The notes under the pieces are model-generated. The model saw nothing but the letters and a program-made list of their open reading frames with translations, was not told where the DNA came from and made no database searches. Below are positions 40,201 to 48,756 of a DNA stretch of 64,000 bases, in pieces; within the stretch, counting starts at the first letter, position 1, and the number at the start of each line of letters is the position of its first letter. The translations under genes and the position numbers were made by a program. The stretch is taken from contig JAGMCR010000002.1 of the NCBI GenBank assembly GCA_023129115.1, forward strand, positions 32,001-96,000. Direction: 5' to 3'. Source of the stretch: Candidatus Iainarchaeum sp. (GTDB lineage: Archaea; B1Sed10-29; WALL01).

Positions 40201-40349
40201 AGGGCGAGGGCAGTGATGTCTGCCTTGATTACTGCCTCTTCTGTTGGCGCACCCATCAATGAGTTCAGCACCAAAACAATTACTACCCCGATTGCCAGGA
40301 TAGCGGCGAGAATCATAAGGTATTCAAGAGAGCCTTGCCCACGCTTCAT
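37293..40349 (-). CDS. Class III signal-peptide Cys-rich repeat surface protein
   Basis: MKRGQGSLEYLMILAAIL; tandem CG(D/N)GxC...CPEDC repeats, then C.DY..DGC.EWG repeats. Confidence 0.85.
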   Translation of the reverse strand: MKRGQGSLEYLMILAAILAIGVVIVLVLNSLMGAPTEEAVIKADITALALKGINVIGYDEPYNPRDPMGTAPTKLEIGGQDYFFDVSAPPSDAEEVGEIHDASGDTYKVYHSFPPAGGGGGGRTRKFHIDKKPVCGDGTCNTGEDKESCPGDCGEADEEFCGNHVCGDDEDCEICAKDCGPCAVEHCGDGECGDEEDCTTCPEDCGDCPGEFCGNGVCSAAAEEYCSTCPEDCGECGEEHCGDGVCDTEGGEDCDSCVADCGACVTDYCGDGMCNGFETCESCEDDCGPCCINDCSPEGSKRCTSGFTAYEVCGDYDEDDCLEWGGETDCGTGKDCSGGVCVADDCSDQCTPKGAKECVPDTNAYYVCGDYDEDICYEWGPAVYCGEGEVCEGGACVEECTSECTNGAKRCEAEATGYSVCADYNDDGCYEWGDTTFCGSGETCVDGACVSSTACQTDCTKGDGICHAECESVCKNFYKECDGKAKDARVCSGGLAITCCGTLAENCVESKKDCDAGYCVPCEDECTANKCVNLTHLNLCMDIDEDGCKEWAQLSVCGENYKCIDGECVYQATPCEDACTLNTKKCVGDSYVVCADSDSDGCTDWGGTQTACGMGQVCSSGECIYPDACTSCVYGKSGVYVDSGLGFICDASGEIRSCKEDAACWEFPPGGGPMLHWTCYDNATGCDEDYCTGIGCDSDADCDPGYTCVQSKCTSQCEACLKQTGTPAWLTSDYGEPWKCGNTACDIIMEAGDCWVGTECYDSTTGGCGTGWCDCDYDPGCITCSESRDYYPNIPIAYYKYDTTSGPVTMCLQGATCAALFGNMASACNADPSLECYDTISTGCGYDHCGGSCKEEPCQDECSVGERGCASQTVTTVCGDYNDDGCYEWAIGATCRAGEKCLNGQCVEDCSDECTLNDPRYCNPTKTGYSACGDFDADSCLEPGFVDCTVNTETCANPTCMPIGGCWYMLEECSCSWGSQCQGLDMTQCYDPIGGAAACGKWMPCIDDACCPIEACWA

Positions 40350-40396
40350 AAAACAACACCGTCCCCTTATACCAGTCATTAGGAATATATAAGGAT

Positions 40397-41140
40397 ATGG
40401 CGGCAATGATTATATTCTTTCCCGCAAATAACAATGGCGTGCCAAGAGTCGAGCAGCGCGGCAGGGAGCTATGGGTATCCATCCCAGAGGACGTAGCCAA
40501 AGCCCTCTCGGTCAATGAAGGGGACGCCCTGTCCTTTGAGCTCTTGGACAACGAATTAGCCGGAGTCCGCAAGGCCCACGCCGTTGCCGACGACGAGCTC
40601 TCGGTCCTCAAAAAATTGAACGAGGTCAAGTTCGCGCAGCGCACCAAGGACAAGGTCCGCTCAATCCTCTCCGACCCCGAGCAAAAGGCACTCGGCAAGC
40701 TCGTGAAGAAGGGCGCTGTCCAGTTCTACGAGGGCGGCAAGTACAAGGACAACGGCGTTTACTCCATTTCCCGCGACTACTACTCGTTCATTTCCAGCCA
40801 GCCAAAGAAGGCCACCAGCCCGCTGGGCCAGCAAAAATACCTGGTGACCCAGTCGCTTGACCAGGCCAGGGACATTCTCTCCAAACTCAAAAACGAGGTC
40901 AAGAGCGGCGGCGTAGTGAGCGTGCGCGGATTCGACAAAAAAGTCTACATCACCACGCGCGACGCCGTTGACACCGTGGGCAGCAAGATTGTTTCTGCCT
41001 TGGGTGCCCGGGAAAAACCTTTGGCGGAAATCGCGTCGGCGTGCGGCGAGGAAGAGGGGCTTGTGCGGACGGTGCTCGAAATCCTGCGCGAGTCGGGCGA
41101 AGTAATTGAGAAGCGCGAGGCGGTGTACGCGCTTGCCTAG
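40397..41140 (+). CDS. Hypothetical DNA-binding-like protein (AbrB-like N-terminus, wHTH-like C-terminus)
   Basis: VSIPEDVAKALSVNEGD; LAEIASACG...LEILRESGEV. Confidence 0.6.
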   Translation: MAAMIIFFPANNNGVPRVEQRGRELWVSIPEDVAKALSVNEGDALSFELLDNELAGVRKAHAVADDELSVLKKLNEVKFAQRTKDKVRSILSDPEQKALGKLVKKGAVQFYEGGKYKDNGVYSISRDYYSFISSQPKKATSPLGQQKYLVTQSLDQARDILSKLKNEVKSGGVVSVRGFDKKVYITTRDAVDTVGSKIVSALGAREKPLAEIASACGEEEGLVRTVLEILRESGEVIEKREAVYALA

Positions 41141-41513
41141 CCCTGTCCTAATCCCTGTCCTCACGGGCCTGGAGTGGAAAAAGTCGTTCCTCCTCGAGGC
41201 CGCGGGCCAGTCGTCCCTCGCAGTCGTTGTCTACTTAATCGACCAATCCTCTGGCTTGACGGCGTTGGAGATGCAGGCGGAGATGGACGACAAGGAAGCG
41301 CTATTGAAGGAAATCGACGAAACCCTGCACTCAATCGGCAGGCGCTCAAAGATTTACAACGAGTGGGGCTCGCTCAAGGAAAAAATCCCGTTGATTGCCC
41401 AGCGCGAGAAAGTAAAGGAAATCGCTGTGCTCAAGCGCGGCAAAATGGCAGAAAAAGAAATAGAGGAAATAAAGTCGCTCGGCATTCCCGTGCGGGAAGT
41501 CGAGGCGTACTAA
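41106..41513 (+). CDS. Hypothetical protein, possibly universal-stress-protein-like
   Basis: VLIPV...VVVYLID...EWGS...IAQREKVKEIAV pattern. Confidence 0.5.
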   Translation: MRSARRCTRLPSPVLIPVLTGLEWKKSFLLEAAGQSSLAVVVYLIDQSSGLTALEMQAEMDDKEALLKEIDETLHSIGRRSKIYNEWGSLKEKIPLIAQREKVKEIAVLKRGKMAEKEIEEIKSLGIPVREVEAY

Positions 41514-41728
41514 ACGCTCGCTTTCTTTACGAGGCCCTCGAAAGGGTTTTTTCCGTTTATCAGTGCTTCCAGAGCCCTCGCCGTTTCCGAGTAACGCTCT
41601 TTCTTTGACTCTATGAAGCCCCGCTCCCCAGTGGTTTCATTTTTATAGATGAGCCGGGGAATCTCGGGGTGGTCTTCGTGGTGCCATCCCTCTGGCAAAG
41701 GCTTTGTCCTGACCCTCTTCCTAATCAT
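41510..41728 (-). CDS. Small hypothetical protein
   Basis: 72-aa ORF divergent from the next gene, with an AT-rich promoter between them. Confidence 0.5.
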   Translation of the reverse strand: MIRKRVRTKPLPEGWHHEDHPEIPRLIYKNETTGERGFIESKKERYSETARALEALINGKNPFEGLVKKASV

Positions 41729-41785
41729 GTATCAATTTTTGCAACCCTTTCTTTAAAAAGCTTTTATTGCCGTGGCTTCAAAACA

Positions 41786-42298
41786 ATGGCTATGCCCAAA
41801 ACACCCGAGGAAAAGCTTGGTGGGATAAACCACCACGAGTTCAAGCATTTTGCGGACGAGATTGTCCGCCCCAAGGCACCACTCGAGCAAAAGCTGCTCT
41901 CGTTGGCAATGCACGTCCAGAAAAAAATGCGGTACGACAACAAAAGCATTGAAGTGCCGTTGATTTCCGCGTACGGCCACTGGGGCGTGGGCGACTGCTT
42001 CCAGCAGGCCGGGGCACTCGTCGGCCTGCTCCGCTCGCAAGGAATAACCGCCGAGCTCACGGAAAACCCAAAAAGCGGGCACGCCAGCGTTGGAGTCCCG
42101 CACGAGAGCGGCAACGTCACAATCAACTACTACAAGGACAACGAAATCGGCATCCGCACCCCAGAGCTGTCGTGGAGGAGGACCAAGCACGGCAACGTAA
42201 CCGTCAGGAAGCGGGGAGAAACAAAAGAAATCCTTTCTGTCGAGAGCAGCCACCCACTCGACCAATTACTAAAAAAATTCTTCGGGGCGAAACAGTGA
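41786..42298 (+). CDS. Transglutaminase-like domain protein
   Basis: GDCFQQAGALVGLLRSQGI...GHA. Confidence 0.65.
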   Translation: MAMPKTPEEKLGGINHHEFKHFADEIVRPKAPLEQKLLSLAMHVQKKMRYDNKSIEVPLISAYGHWGVGDCFQQAGALVGLLRSQGITAELTENPKSGHASVGVPHESGNVTINYYKDNEIGIRTPELSWRRTKHGNVTVRKRGETKEILSVESSHPLDQLLKKFFGAKQ

Positions 42299-42837
42299 AA
42301 GACCTGGACTTTTTTTCGGAGGTCGGGAAGCTGAAGGAAGTGCCGCGCACGGGTTGGGCGCTCCGCGGCGTCGAAAACCCCGAGACCGTCACGGACCACG
42401 CGTACCGCGTGGCGGTGATGGCGCTGCACTACTGCAAGCAAAATACTCTCCGCTGCGTCGGCATGGCCCTCGTGCACGACCTGCCCGAAGTAATCACGGG
42501 CGACGTGGCGGTCCGCGCCAACGAAAAAGACCAGGAGATTCCAAGCGCCGAAAAAGCGGAACAAGAAAAAGCGGCGGCCAAGAAGCTCTTCGAGCCCCAG
42601 CCCGAAATGTATTCCCTGTGGCTCGAGTACTTCGAAAACAAAACGCCCGGGGCCAGGCTCGTGCACGACCTGGACAAAGTCGAGATGCTGCTGCAGGCAC
42701 TGGAGTACACGCGCGACAAGCGCACGAGCGAGGACCTAGAGGAATTCTTCGAGTCGACCGAGCCACGCATGCAGACGGACAAGGGCCGCGAGCTCTGGAG
42801 CGAAATAAGGCGCCGCTACCTCGAAGCCTGCAAATAG
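42295..42837 (+). CDS. HD-domain hydrolase (YfbR/HDDC2-like 5'-deoxynucleotidase)
   Basis: LKEVPRTGW, ETVTDH, VHDLPEVITGD, DLDKVEM. Confidence 0.9.
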   Translation: MKDLDFFSEVGKLKEVPRTGWALRGVENPETVTDHAYRVAVMALHYCKQNTLRCVGMALVHDLPEVITGDVAVRANEKDQEIPSAEKAEQEKAAAKKLFEPQPEMYSLWLEYFENKTPGARLVHDLDKVEMLLQALEYTRDKRTSEDLEEFFESTEPRMQTDKGRELWSEIRRRYLEACK

Positions 42838-42871
42838 CTTTTTAAATACTTAAACGAAAATGTTCATTCAC

Positions 42872-42944
42872 GCCTCGGTAGCTCAGCCGGTAGAGCGGCA
42901 GTCTCGTAAACTGCAGGTCGGGGGTTCAATTCCCTCCCGAGGCT
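42872..42944 (+). tRNA. tRNA-Thr(CGT)
   Basis: Acceptor GCCTCGG/CCGAGGC, anticodon arm GCAGT-CTCGTAA-ACTGC, T arm GGGGG-TTCAATT-CCCTC, discriminator U; TTTAAATA upstream. Confidence 0.97.
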
Positions 42945-43060
42945 CTGACCCTACGGTAGTAGAGCCTGCACCATAAAATTGTTGATGATTGCCTATAACG
43001 CTTTCGTTGCAGCCCTAACTCCTTGAATTTCCTAGGAAATCCGCGGAAACTGGAGGACGC

Positions 43061-43279
43061 TTAATAGAATTCTTCTTTTGGCTTTCCAGTCTGCTTGATT
43101 ATGTGCTTTATCACAAAAACAGTTATGGTTGTGTGGTGCGGCACTCACGTTGTCAACACTTTTTTCTTTGACACTTGTTTCTTGTAAGTGATGTGCTTGC
43201 TGGACCTGGCTTTCTTGAGGCCATTGTCCTTGAGTATGCCCTCGACCTTACGCCTTGACAGCTGGCGAAGCCCTGCCAT
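43061..43279 (-). pseudogene. hicA: HicA-family toxin pseudogene
   Basis: Read by hand: MAGLRQLSRRKVEGILKDNG...SSKHITY...VLTT*VPHH...IIKQTG; in-frame TGA at 43145-43147. Confidence 0.75.
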
Positions 43280-43345
43280 GATGGGCAACCTCCGGCAAAG
43301 AAATGGGTATGCTACTCAATGAAACAGAAACCGACATCATTGTTT

Positions 43346-43525
43346 TTAGGGTGTGGGCTTGGGTGTGTCCGGGTCTTTCATATACTCGTTAACCAATTCC
43401 GCCATATTTTCCTTTACCTCTTTCTCGGTTTTTCCTTGTGTGGCCACGTCAAGAACAGGGCAAGAAGCCACAAACCACTTATCCTCTTTAGTAACGATTA
43501 TTGGTAAAGGAATAGCTTGTTTCAC
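43346..43525 (-). pseudogene. hicB: HicB-family antitoxin, probably truncated by frameshift
   Basis: Read by hand: IVTKEDKWFVASCPVLDVATQGKTEKEVKENMAELV; stops at 59 aa while another frame continues to overlap the hicA start. Confidence 0.75.
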
Positions 43526-43596
43526 TGAAAATCACCCTCTGAAATAGGTTATCAAACCCGCGCTATTTAAAAGTATCCGCAAAAAAGAGGTGCTCC

Positions 43597-44250
43597 TTGG
43601 TCCTGCCAAAGTTATTAAAGAACCCCACACAATATTCTAGCGTGCCTGGAGATATCATCCCTGAAAAGAAGACTAAGACACAAAAAGCGATTAGGGCACT
43701 CTTTGCTTTTGGTGAGAAGCAGCGGGAGCTACCTTACGTTAAGACCAGCCGTCCAGGACACTTGGTTGCGCGGAGTATGAAGCGTGCTAACGAGCTGGTT
43801 GAACAAGCAACAACTATTTGGGAAGAAACGAAGGACAAGGAACAAAGCGGCAGGATTGGGCCGTGGGGAAGTGGGTTTAAGATAATTTACCCACAGGATT
43901 CTCGCCTTAGGGGTGAAGTGTTCCATGAGCTGAAGAGGATAACCCGCGACCTGAAAAGGGCGAGTTCGCAAAAACTTTCTGAAGAAGAACTGCAGGAGGA
44001 AGCTGCGCGGCTCAAGAATTTTTATACTCGGGGAATTCCATCCGGTCGCACGCCCGAAGCCGAGGCGAAGGCAGACGCTATGCTCACAGACGAAGAGAAA
44101 GCAATCCTAGGGGAACTCGGTTTGGACGAGGACAAGTACAACGAGCACGTCCAACACCTCGCCAGCGCCCTGGAGTCTTCACACGAGGACCTTTACGAGC
44201 TGATGGTACACCTTATAAAAGAAGGAAAAGAGGTAAAGCTGCTCAAATAA
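43597..44250 (+). CDS. Hypothetical protein
   Basis: 217-aa ORF with TTTAAA box and GAGGTG RBS upstream. Confidence 0.65.
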   Translation: MVLPKLLKNPTQYSSVPGDIIPEKKTKTQKAIRALFAFGEKQRELPYVKTSRPGHLVARSMKRANELVEQATTIWEETKDKEQSGRIGPWGSGFKIIYPQDSRLRGEVFHELKRITRDLKRASSQKLSEEELQEEAARLKNFYTRGIPSGRTPEAEAKADAMLTDEEKAILGELGLDEDKYNEHVQHLASALESSHEDLYELMVHLIKEGKEVKLLK

Positions 44251-44328
44251 CTCTTTTATGTGCAGACCCTCAATATAGTGTAAAAGCCCCACCCCGTTTT
44301 TTAAAGAATCCCGCACAACATTCTAACA

Positions 44329-44796
44329 ATGGCAAGAACACCTCAATGGATCAAAAACCTGGGCGGTCACGCAGGCGAGTTATACGTCGCGGCTGAACTA
44401 TCTAAACGTGGAATACCCAATGCATTGCTCCCCGAGAACTTTTCTGACGATGATATTTTGATTGCGCAGAAAGATGGAAGTGAAATTGGCTATATCCAAG
44501 TAAAGTCCTGTCACCCAAATCGTTCCGACTCCTTCATTCTTCGCTACACTGAAGAAGAGTGGACAAAAGCAAAAAGTAACGAGTACGTGGTTTTAGTGTA
44601 CTTGGGGACTCCCGAAGAAAACGAATCCCCACGTTATTGGATAACAACAAAGAAAAAAATGGGAAAAGCATGTGTTGAACACGGGGCACACGGAACCAAA
44701 AACTGGGAACGCCGCTTTTGGATGAAGACTATGGAATCAGACTACAAAAAATGGGAGAATAATTGGGGGCTCTTTAAGAAGTACCTTCCTAAGTGA
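44329..44796 (+). CDS. PD-(D/E)XK-fold nuclease-like protein
   Basis: AGELYVAAEL...DDILI...IQVKS. Confidence 0.8.
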   Translation: MARTPQWIKNLGGHAGELYVAAELSKRGIPNALLPENFSDDDILIAQKDGSEIGYIQVKSCHPNRSDSFILRYTEEEWTKAKSNEYVVLVYLGTPEENESPRYWITTKKKMGKACVEHGAHGTKNWERRFWMKTMESDYKKWENNWGLFKKYLPK

Positions 44797-44820
44797 TTAA
44801 AAAAAAATGGAGAGATTCGT

Positions 44821-45453
44821 TTGAAGAAAATTAGTGTATCTGAACTGACTTTTGCGCAAATACGCGCAGCCTCCAAAGAGTTCAGAAAGCGCGAGGAGAG
44901 GGATTCAATATACAAAATCACTACAAAGCTCGTGAACGAGGCATGGGCCAAGAAAGGCAAGGGATTCACTCTCGCCGATGCCATTAGCGTGCTACTACTC
45001 GTTTGGAACCAGGGGTTCTACCGCTACGGAAGACTCAACTTCACTAAGTTCGATAAAGCTATCAAGAAGAACAAGCCACTACTGGCAAAGTTTAGGAAGC
45101 GAAAAATCGCAAGCTTCACAGCAAAGGATGAAACAACAATCAAGAAGCTATTCAACGATTTACTTGAGGCCACGTCCATCAAAACGAGGAAACAGAAGAA
45201 AAAGATGGTCAGCCCAGTCAGCGTTGCCAAAGCACTCCACATGATGGCTCCCAGATTCTTCCCGTTATGGGACGGAGCCATCGCCGTTGGATGGGGCTGT
45301 CGATTCAACCGGGACAACGCTGCTGACAAGTACCTGAAGTTCATGAGGCAAAACAAGGAACTGATGGGAAAATACAGTGGCCGCGGGCTAACCTTAAAAA
45401 TGATTGATGAATGTAGTTACGCAATATACACCGCGGGATGGTATCCACGATAG
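44821..45453 (+). CDS. Hypothetical basic protein, possibly nucleic-acid modifying
   Basis: LLVWN...SVAKALHMMAPRFFPLWD motif; its 3' end is duplicated at 52323. Confidence 0.6.
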   Translation: MKKISVSELTFAQIRAASKEFRKREERDSIYKITTKLVNEAWAKKGKGFTLADAISVLLLVWNQGFYRYGRLNFTKFDKAIKKNKPLLAKFRKRKIASFTAKDETTIKKLFNDLLEATSIKTRKQKKKMVSPVSVAKALHMMAPRFFPLWDGAIAVGWGCRFNRDNAADKYLKFMRQNKELMGKYSGRGLTLKMIDECSYAIYTAGWYPR

Positions 45454-45611
45454 ACAGGTCATTTCCTAGGAACTTCCGCGGAAATGAGGTGTGTGAGGGG
45501 CAAAAACCCGTGTAGGCTCTACAGCCGTACGACTTGTTCCCTCCCGAGGCTCTGTATCTCTGGTGCCAGAGCGCAAGCTAAATCATTCTTTTTTTTGTGC
45601 ACTTGCCTTTG

Positions 45612-46208
45612 CTAAAGCGACTTCGCGAACTTGTCCGAGGTGGTCATCTTTGCGTACAGCGGCAGTATGTCCATCATCGCGTCGTAGTTGCTGTCGGTGA
45701 AGCCGCTGGTCGCGTCCTTCAGAAGGGTCACGTTGTATCCCTTGTTGGCCGCGCGCTTAACAGTCGTTGCGATGACGTGCTCGGTGCACTGCCCGCTGAT
45801 ATATACGTGGTCGACTCCGGCCGAACGCAGTACTAAATCGAGGTCGGTTCCCTCGAAGCCGTCAGAGCCGTAGTTGATGACGATTACATCGTCTTTCTTG
45901 GGCTCGAGCTCCTTGATGACCTTGGCATCCCAGCTGCCCACCAAAGCTTTGTTCGCGTCTTTGGCTCCCTGCATGAGGGGGTAGTACTGGTTCTTGGGCA
46001 TTTCAGGATAGCCTGGTCTCCACGCGATGTTGACGAAGACGGTCAGCATCTTCTTCCTTCGGGCTGCGGAAAGCGCCTTCTTCGCCTTGGGTATTGACTT
46101 GTTCTTCTTGATTTGGGGGTACAGCATCTTGCCCCAAACGCCTTTGGGGTGGGCCACACCGTTTTGCCAGTGTAGCATTAGCAAAGCAGATTTTTTGACA
46201 TTAACCAT
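45612..46208 (-). CDS. Isochorismatase-family (cysteine hydrolase fold) protein
   Basis: GFEGTDLDLVLRSAGV, ISGQCTE, GYNVTLLKDATS. Confidence 0.88.
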   Translation of the reverse strand: MVNVKKSALLMLHWQNGVAHPKGVWGKMLYPQIKKNKSIPKAKKALSAARRKKMLTVFVNIAWRPGYPEMPKNQYYPLMQGAKDANKALVGSWDAKVIKELEPKKDDVIVINYGSDGFEGTDLDLVLRSAGVDHVYISGQCTEHVIATTVKRAANKGYNVTLLKDATSGFTDSNYDAMMDILPLYAKMTTSDKFAKSL

Positions 46209-46259
46209 GATAATTCACCGAAAGCAAACAAGCTTCCGTGCAATAAAAACGTTTCGGTT

Positions 46260-46284
46260 GGGGTTCAATTCCCTCCCGAGGCTC
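46260..46284 (+). repeat. Longest tRNA-Thr 3' copy (25 bp, att-like), directly upstream of the integrase
   Basis: GGGGTTCAATTCCCTCCCGAGGCTC identical to 42921-42945. Confidence 0.95.
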
Positions 46285-46359
46285 CATTACTGCGTCAAGG
46301 AGCCCCTGCTCAATTCCGCACCAGTCTATAAATAGTCCTTTGAGCAGAGCCTCGGAGGC

Positions 46360-47529
46360 ATGAGGACTGACCCTTACAACACCGGCACGAAGCTAGTGAA
46401 TTGCCTTGAGCGGGTTAGGCAATCGCTTGACCTATGTAAAGCCAACAAGCGGCTGATTCTTGAGTTCCACGCCGAGGCCGTTGCCCGTGGCTTGTCGGAA
46501 AAGCGGTGCCTTAAGTACGTGAGTACTCTCCGCAACCTCGGAACCCAACTTGGAAAGCCCTTTAACAAGGCGGACAAGCACGACATCATTCGCTTGCTCT
46601 CTTGGCTTGAGTCAACCGCGTACAAGGAGTGGACGAAGCACGACTACAAAGTCATTCTGAAATCGTTTTACAAGTGGCTGAACGGTGGAGAAGAGTATCC
46701 AAAGGTTGTTTCGTGGGTAAAAACAGGGATGAAGAACGGCAACCACATGCTGCCCGAGGAATTGCTGACCGAGGAAGACGTGCGTGCTTTAGTTGAAGCG
46801 TGTACGAACCCGCGCGACAAAGCTTTTGTCCTCACGTTGTACGAGAGTGGCTGCCGAATAAGCGAGCTGCTGACGTTGCAGGTAAAGAGCGTGAGGTTTG
46901 ACGAGCACGGCTCAATCTTGCGAGTGACTGGGAAGACCGGTGACAGGCGCGTGAGGGTGATTTCCGCGGCTCCGGCAATCGCGTTGTGGCTCGACAACCA
47001 CCCCACAAGGAAAGGGCACTTGTTTTGCTCCTTGGATGGGACGGGCATCAACTACTCGACCGCTAACGTGCTGTTAAGGAGGCTTGCTAAGAAGGCAGGC
47101 ATTACGAAGCGTGTTAATCCGCACGGTTTCCGCCACGCCCGGGCCACGTCGCTCGCGAACAAGCTCACAGAAGCCCAAATGAAGGAGTTCTTTGGTTGGG
47201 CTCAAAGTAGCGAGATGGCGGCTGTGTACGTCCACTTGTTGGGGCGGGACGTGGACGATGCCCTGCTAAGCATTTACGGCGTGAAGCCACCCGAGGACGC
47301 TCGCAAGGAGCGTTTCGTGCCTAGGGCTTGTCCCAGGTGCAAGGAGACTAATTCTCCTGCTAGTAAATACTGTTGCAGGTGTGGCAGTGCGCTCGACCTC
47401 GCAACAGCGCTAGAGGCTGATGACAAGCACAAGGAAGCCGATGCATTGATGAACGAGCTCATCAAAGACGACAGGATAAAAGCGCTTCTATTGGAGCGGT
47501 TGGTTGCCATCCAAGCAGAGAATCATTAA
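46360..47529 (+). CDS. Tyrosine recombinase/integrase with C-terminal Zn ribbon (SNJ2-like archaeal family)
   Basis: ESGCRISE (R), GKTG (K), HGFRH (HxxR), FGW, VYVH (Y), CPRC...CCRC; catalytic set intact. Confidence 0.95.
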   Translation: MRTDPYNTGTKLVNCLERVRQSLDLCKANKRLILEFHAEAVARGLSEKRCLKYVSTLRNLGTQLGKPFNKADKHDIIRLLSWLESTAYKEWTKHDYKVILKSFYKWLNGGEEYPKVVSWVKTGMKNGNHMLPEELLTEEDVRALVEACTNPRDKAFVLTLYESGCRISELLTLQVKSVRFDEHGSILRVTGKTGDRRVRVISAAPAIALWLDNHPTRKGHLFCSLDGTGINYSTANVLLRRLAKKAGITKRVNPHGFRHARATSLANKLTEAQMKEFFGWAQSSEMAAVYVHLLGRDVDDALLSIYGVKPPEDARKERFVPRACPRCKETNSPASKYCCRCGSALDLATALEADDKHKEADALMNELIKDDRIKALLLERLVAIQAENH

Positions 47530-47996
47530 CCTTTTCGTTTGAGGTTGTTGTATATATTGAGTGGTTCAGCGCTCAAATTCTCGCGTTCCTGGCCTTGGTT
47601 CAACTGATTTTTTAGGAATTCAATAGCTGCCAAGTAGCTCATCGGGAGCGCATCAGAAGTGTTTTCTCCCCCTGTTCAGGAATCCACATTACGAAAAAAT
47701 TCGGATTTGAGAATGTTGTATTCTCTCTTGTATTAATGGGGCAGTTTTCGGTGCGGATTCTAAGGCGTTGCTAGTGATTGACCATTGTGTAATTAGGATT
47801 CTAATTATTCAGAAAGTAGGGGTTGTGTGAAGCTCGGGGGTGAATACTGACCCTGATGAGGGTTCTGCATTACGAAAAAATTGGGATTCGGAAGTTGGCC
47901 TCCTTTTAGTGATAGAAAATGGATTTGGCCTTAGTTCACGTTTAAACATAGGTTTTTATTTGAGGACTGCTTTTTTGGCTAAGGAGCGGATTGCTG

Positions 47997-48665
47997 ATGA
48001 CTGATACTTTAGTTGATGTTTTGCTGATGCCGAACATTATGGCACTATGGGTTCCAATAATCATAGCGGCCGCCTTAGTAATCCTAATGGGATTGGTTGT
48101 CCGCCACAAAAAAGTTTCTATATCTAAGTCTAAAAAATCGCCAGATAACAAAAAAGTTGCTTTCAGATCACTTGTGATTGTTGCAGTACTATCGTTGGTA
48201 TTTTTCTTTGTTGAACCCCAGATAATAAAAGGTCTCTCCACACCACTTTTAACAATCCCATTTAGTGTTGTCCCCGCTCTTCTACTCGGATTATTTTACA
48301 CTGGACTTCAATACACTCCCATAGAAATCAAATCAGACAAGAAGAAAGCGACGCTAACAGTTGATTTTATTACTATTAATCTATGCGCACTCTTCGCATT
48401 CTTGACATTGTTTAACTTCTCTCCTTATTTCCCCGGCGCGTTCACTAGCACGAGCAACATAGCAATCATTTTCATAATTGCGTTGGTACAGACTTTTTTG
48501 TTCTCGCTGATTGTGTTCGCTTCGGAAAAAGTAAAATTCATCAGACTAAAAAATTTCCTTGGGATTCCAAATTGGCTGATATGTGTTATACTCTTTATCC
48601 TGCCTTGGTTGTTTTTGATGTATGAAAAAGCTATCCCAGTGGTGGGTGGCCTCAGGACCCTATAA
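47997..48665 (+). CDS. Multi-pass membrane protein
   Basis: About six hydrophobic helices; AT-rich DNA. Confidence 0.7.
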   Translation: MTDTLVDVLLMPNIMALWVPIIIAAALVILMGLVVRHKKVSISKSKKSPDNKKVAFRSLVIVAVLSLVFFFVEPQIIKGLSTPLLTIPFSVVPALLLGLFYTGLQYTPIEIKSDKKKATLTVDFITINLCALFAFLTLFNFSPYFPGAFTSTSNIAIIFIIALVQTFLFSLIVFASEKVKFIRLKNFLGIPNWLICVILFILPWLFLMYEKAIPVVGGLRTL

Positions 48666-48756
48666 TCAAAAATGCCTAAATCGGCATTTGTTTAAACGTT
48701 TGGACGATATGTATTTATTCTGCAAGCGCTTTTTGTTTGAGTCGGGGTGTTCTTCA

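Noticed and set aside
43145-43147. TGA recoding suggested by the in-frame stop in hicA
   Set aside because: Many intact genes here end in TGA (e.g. aIF5A, LSm), and the partner hicB is also damaged.
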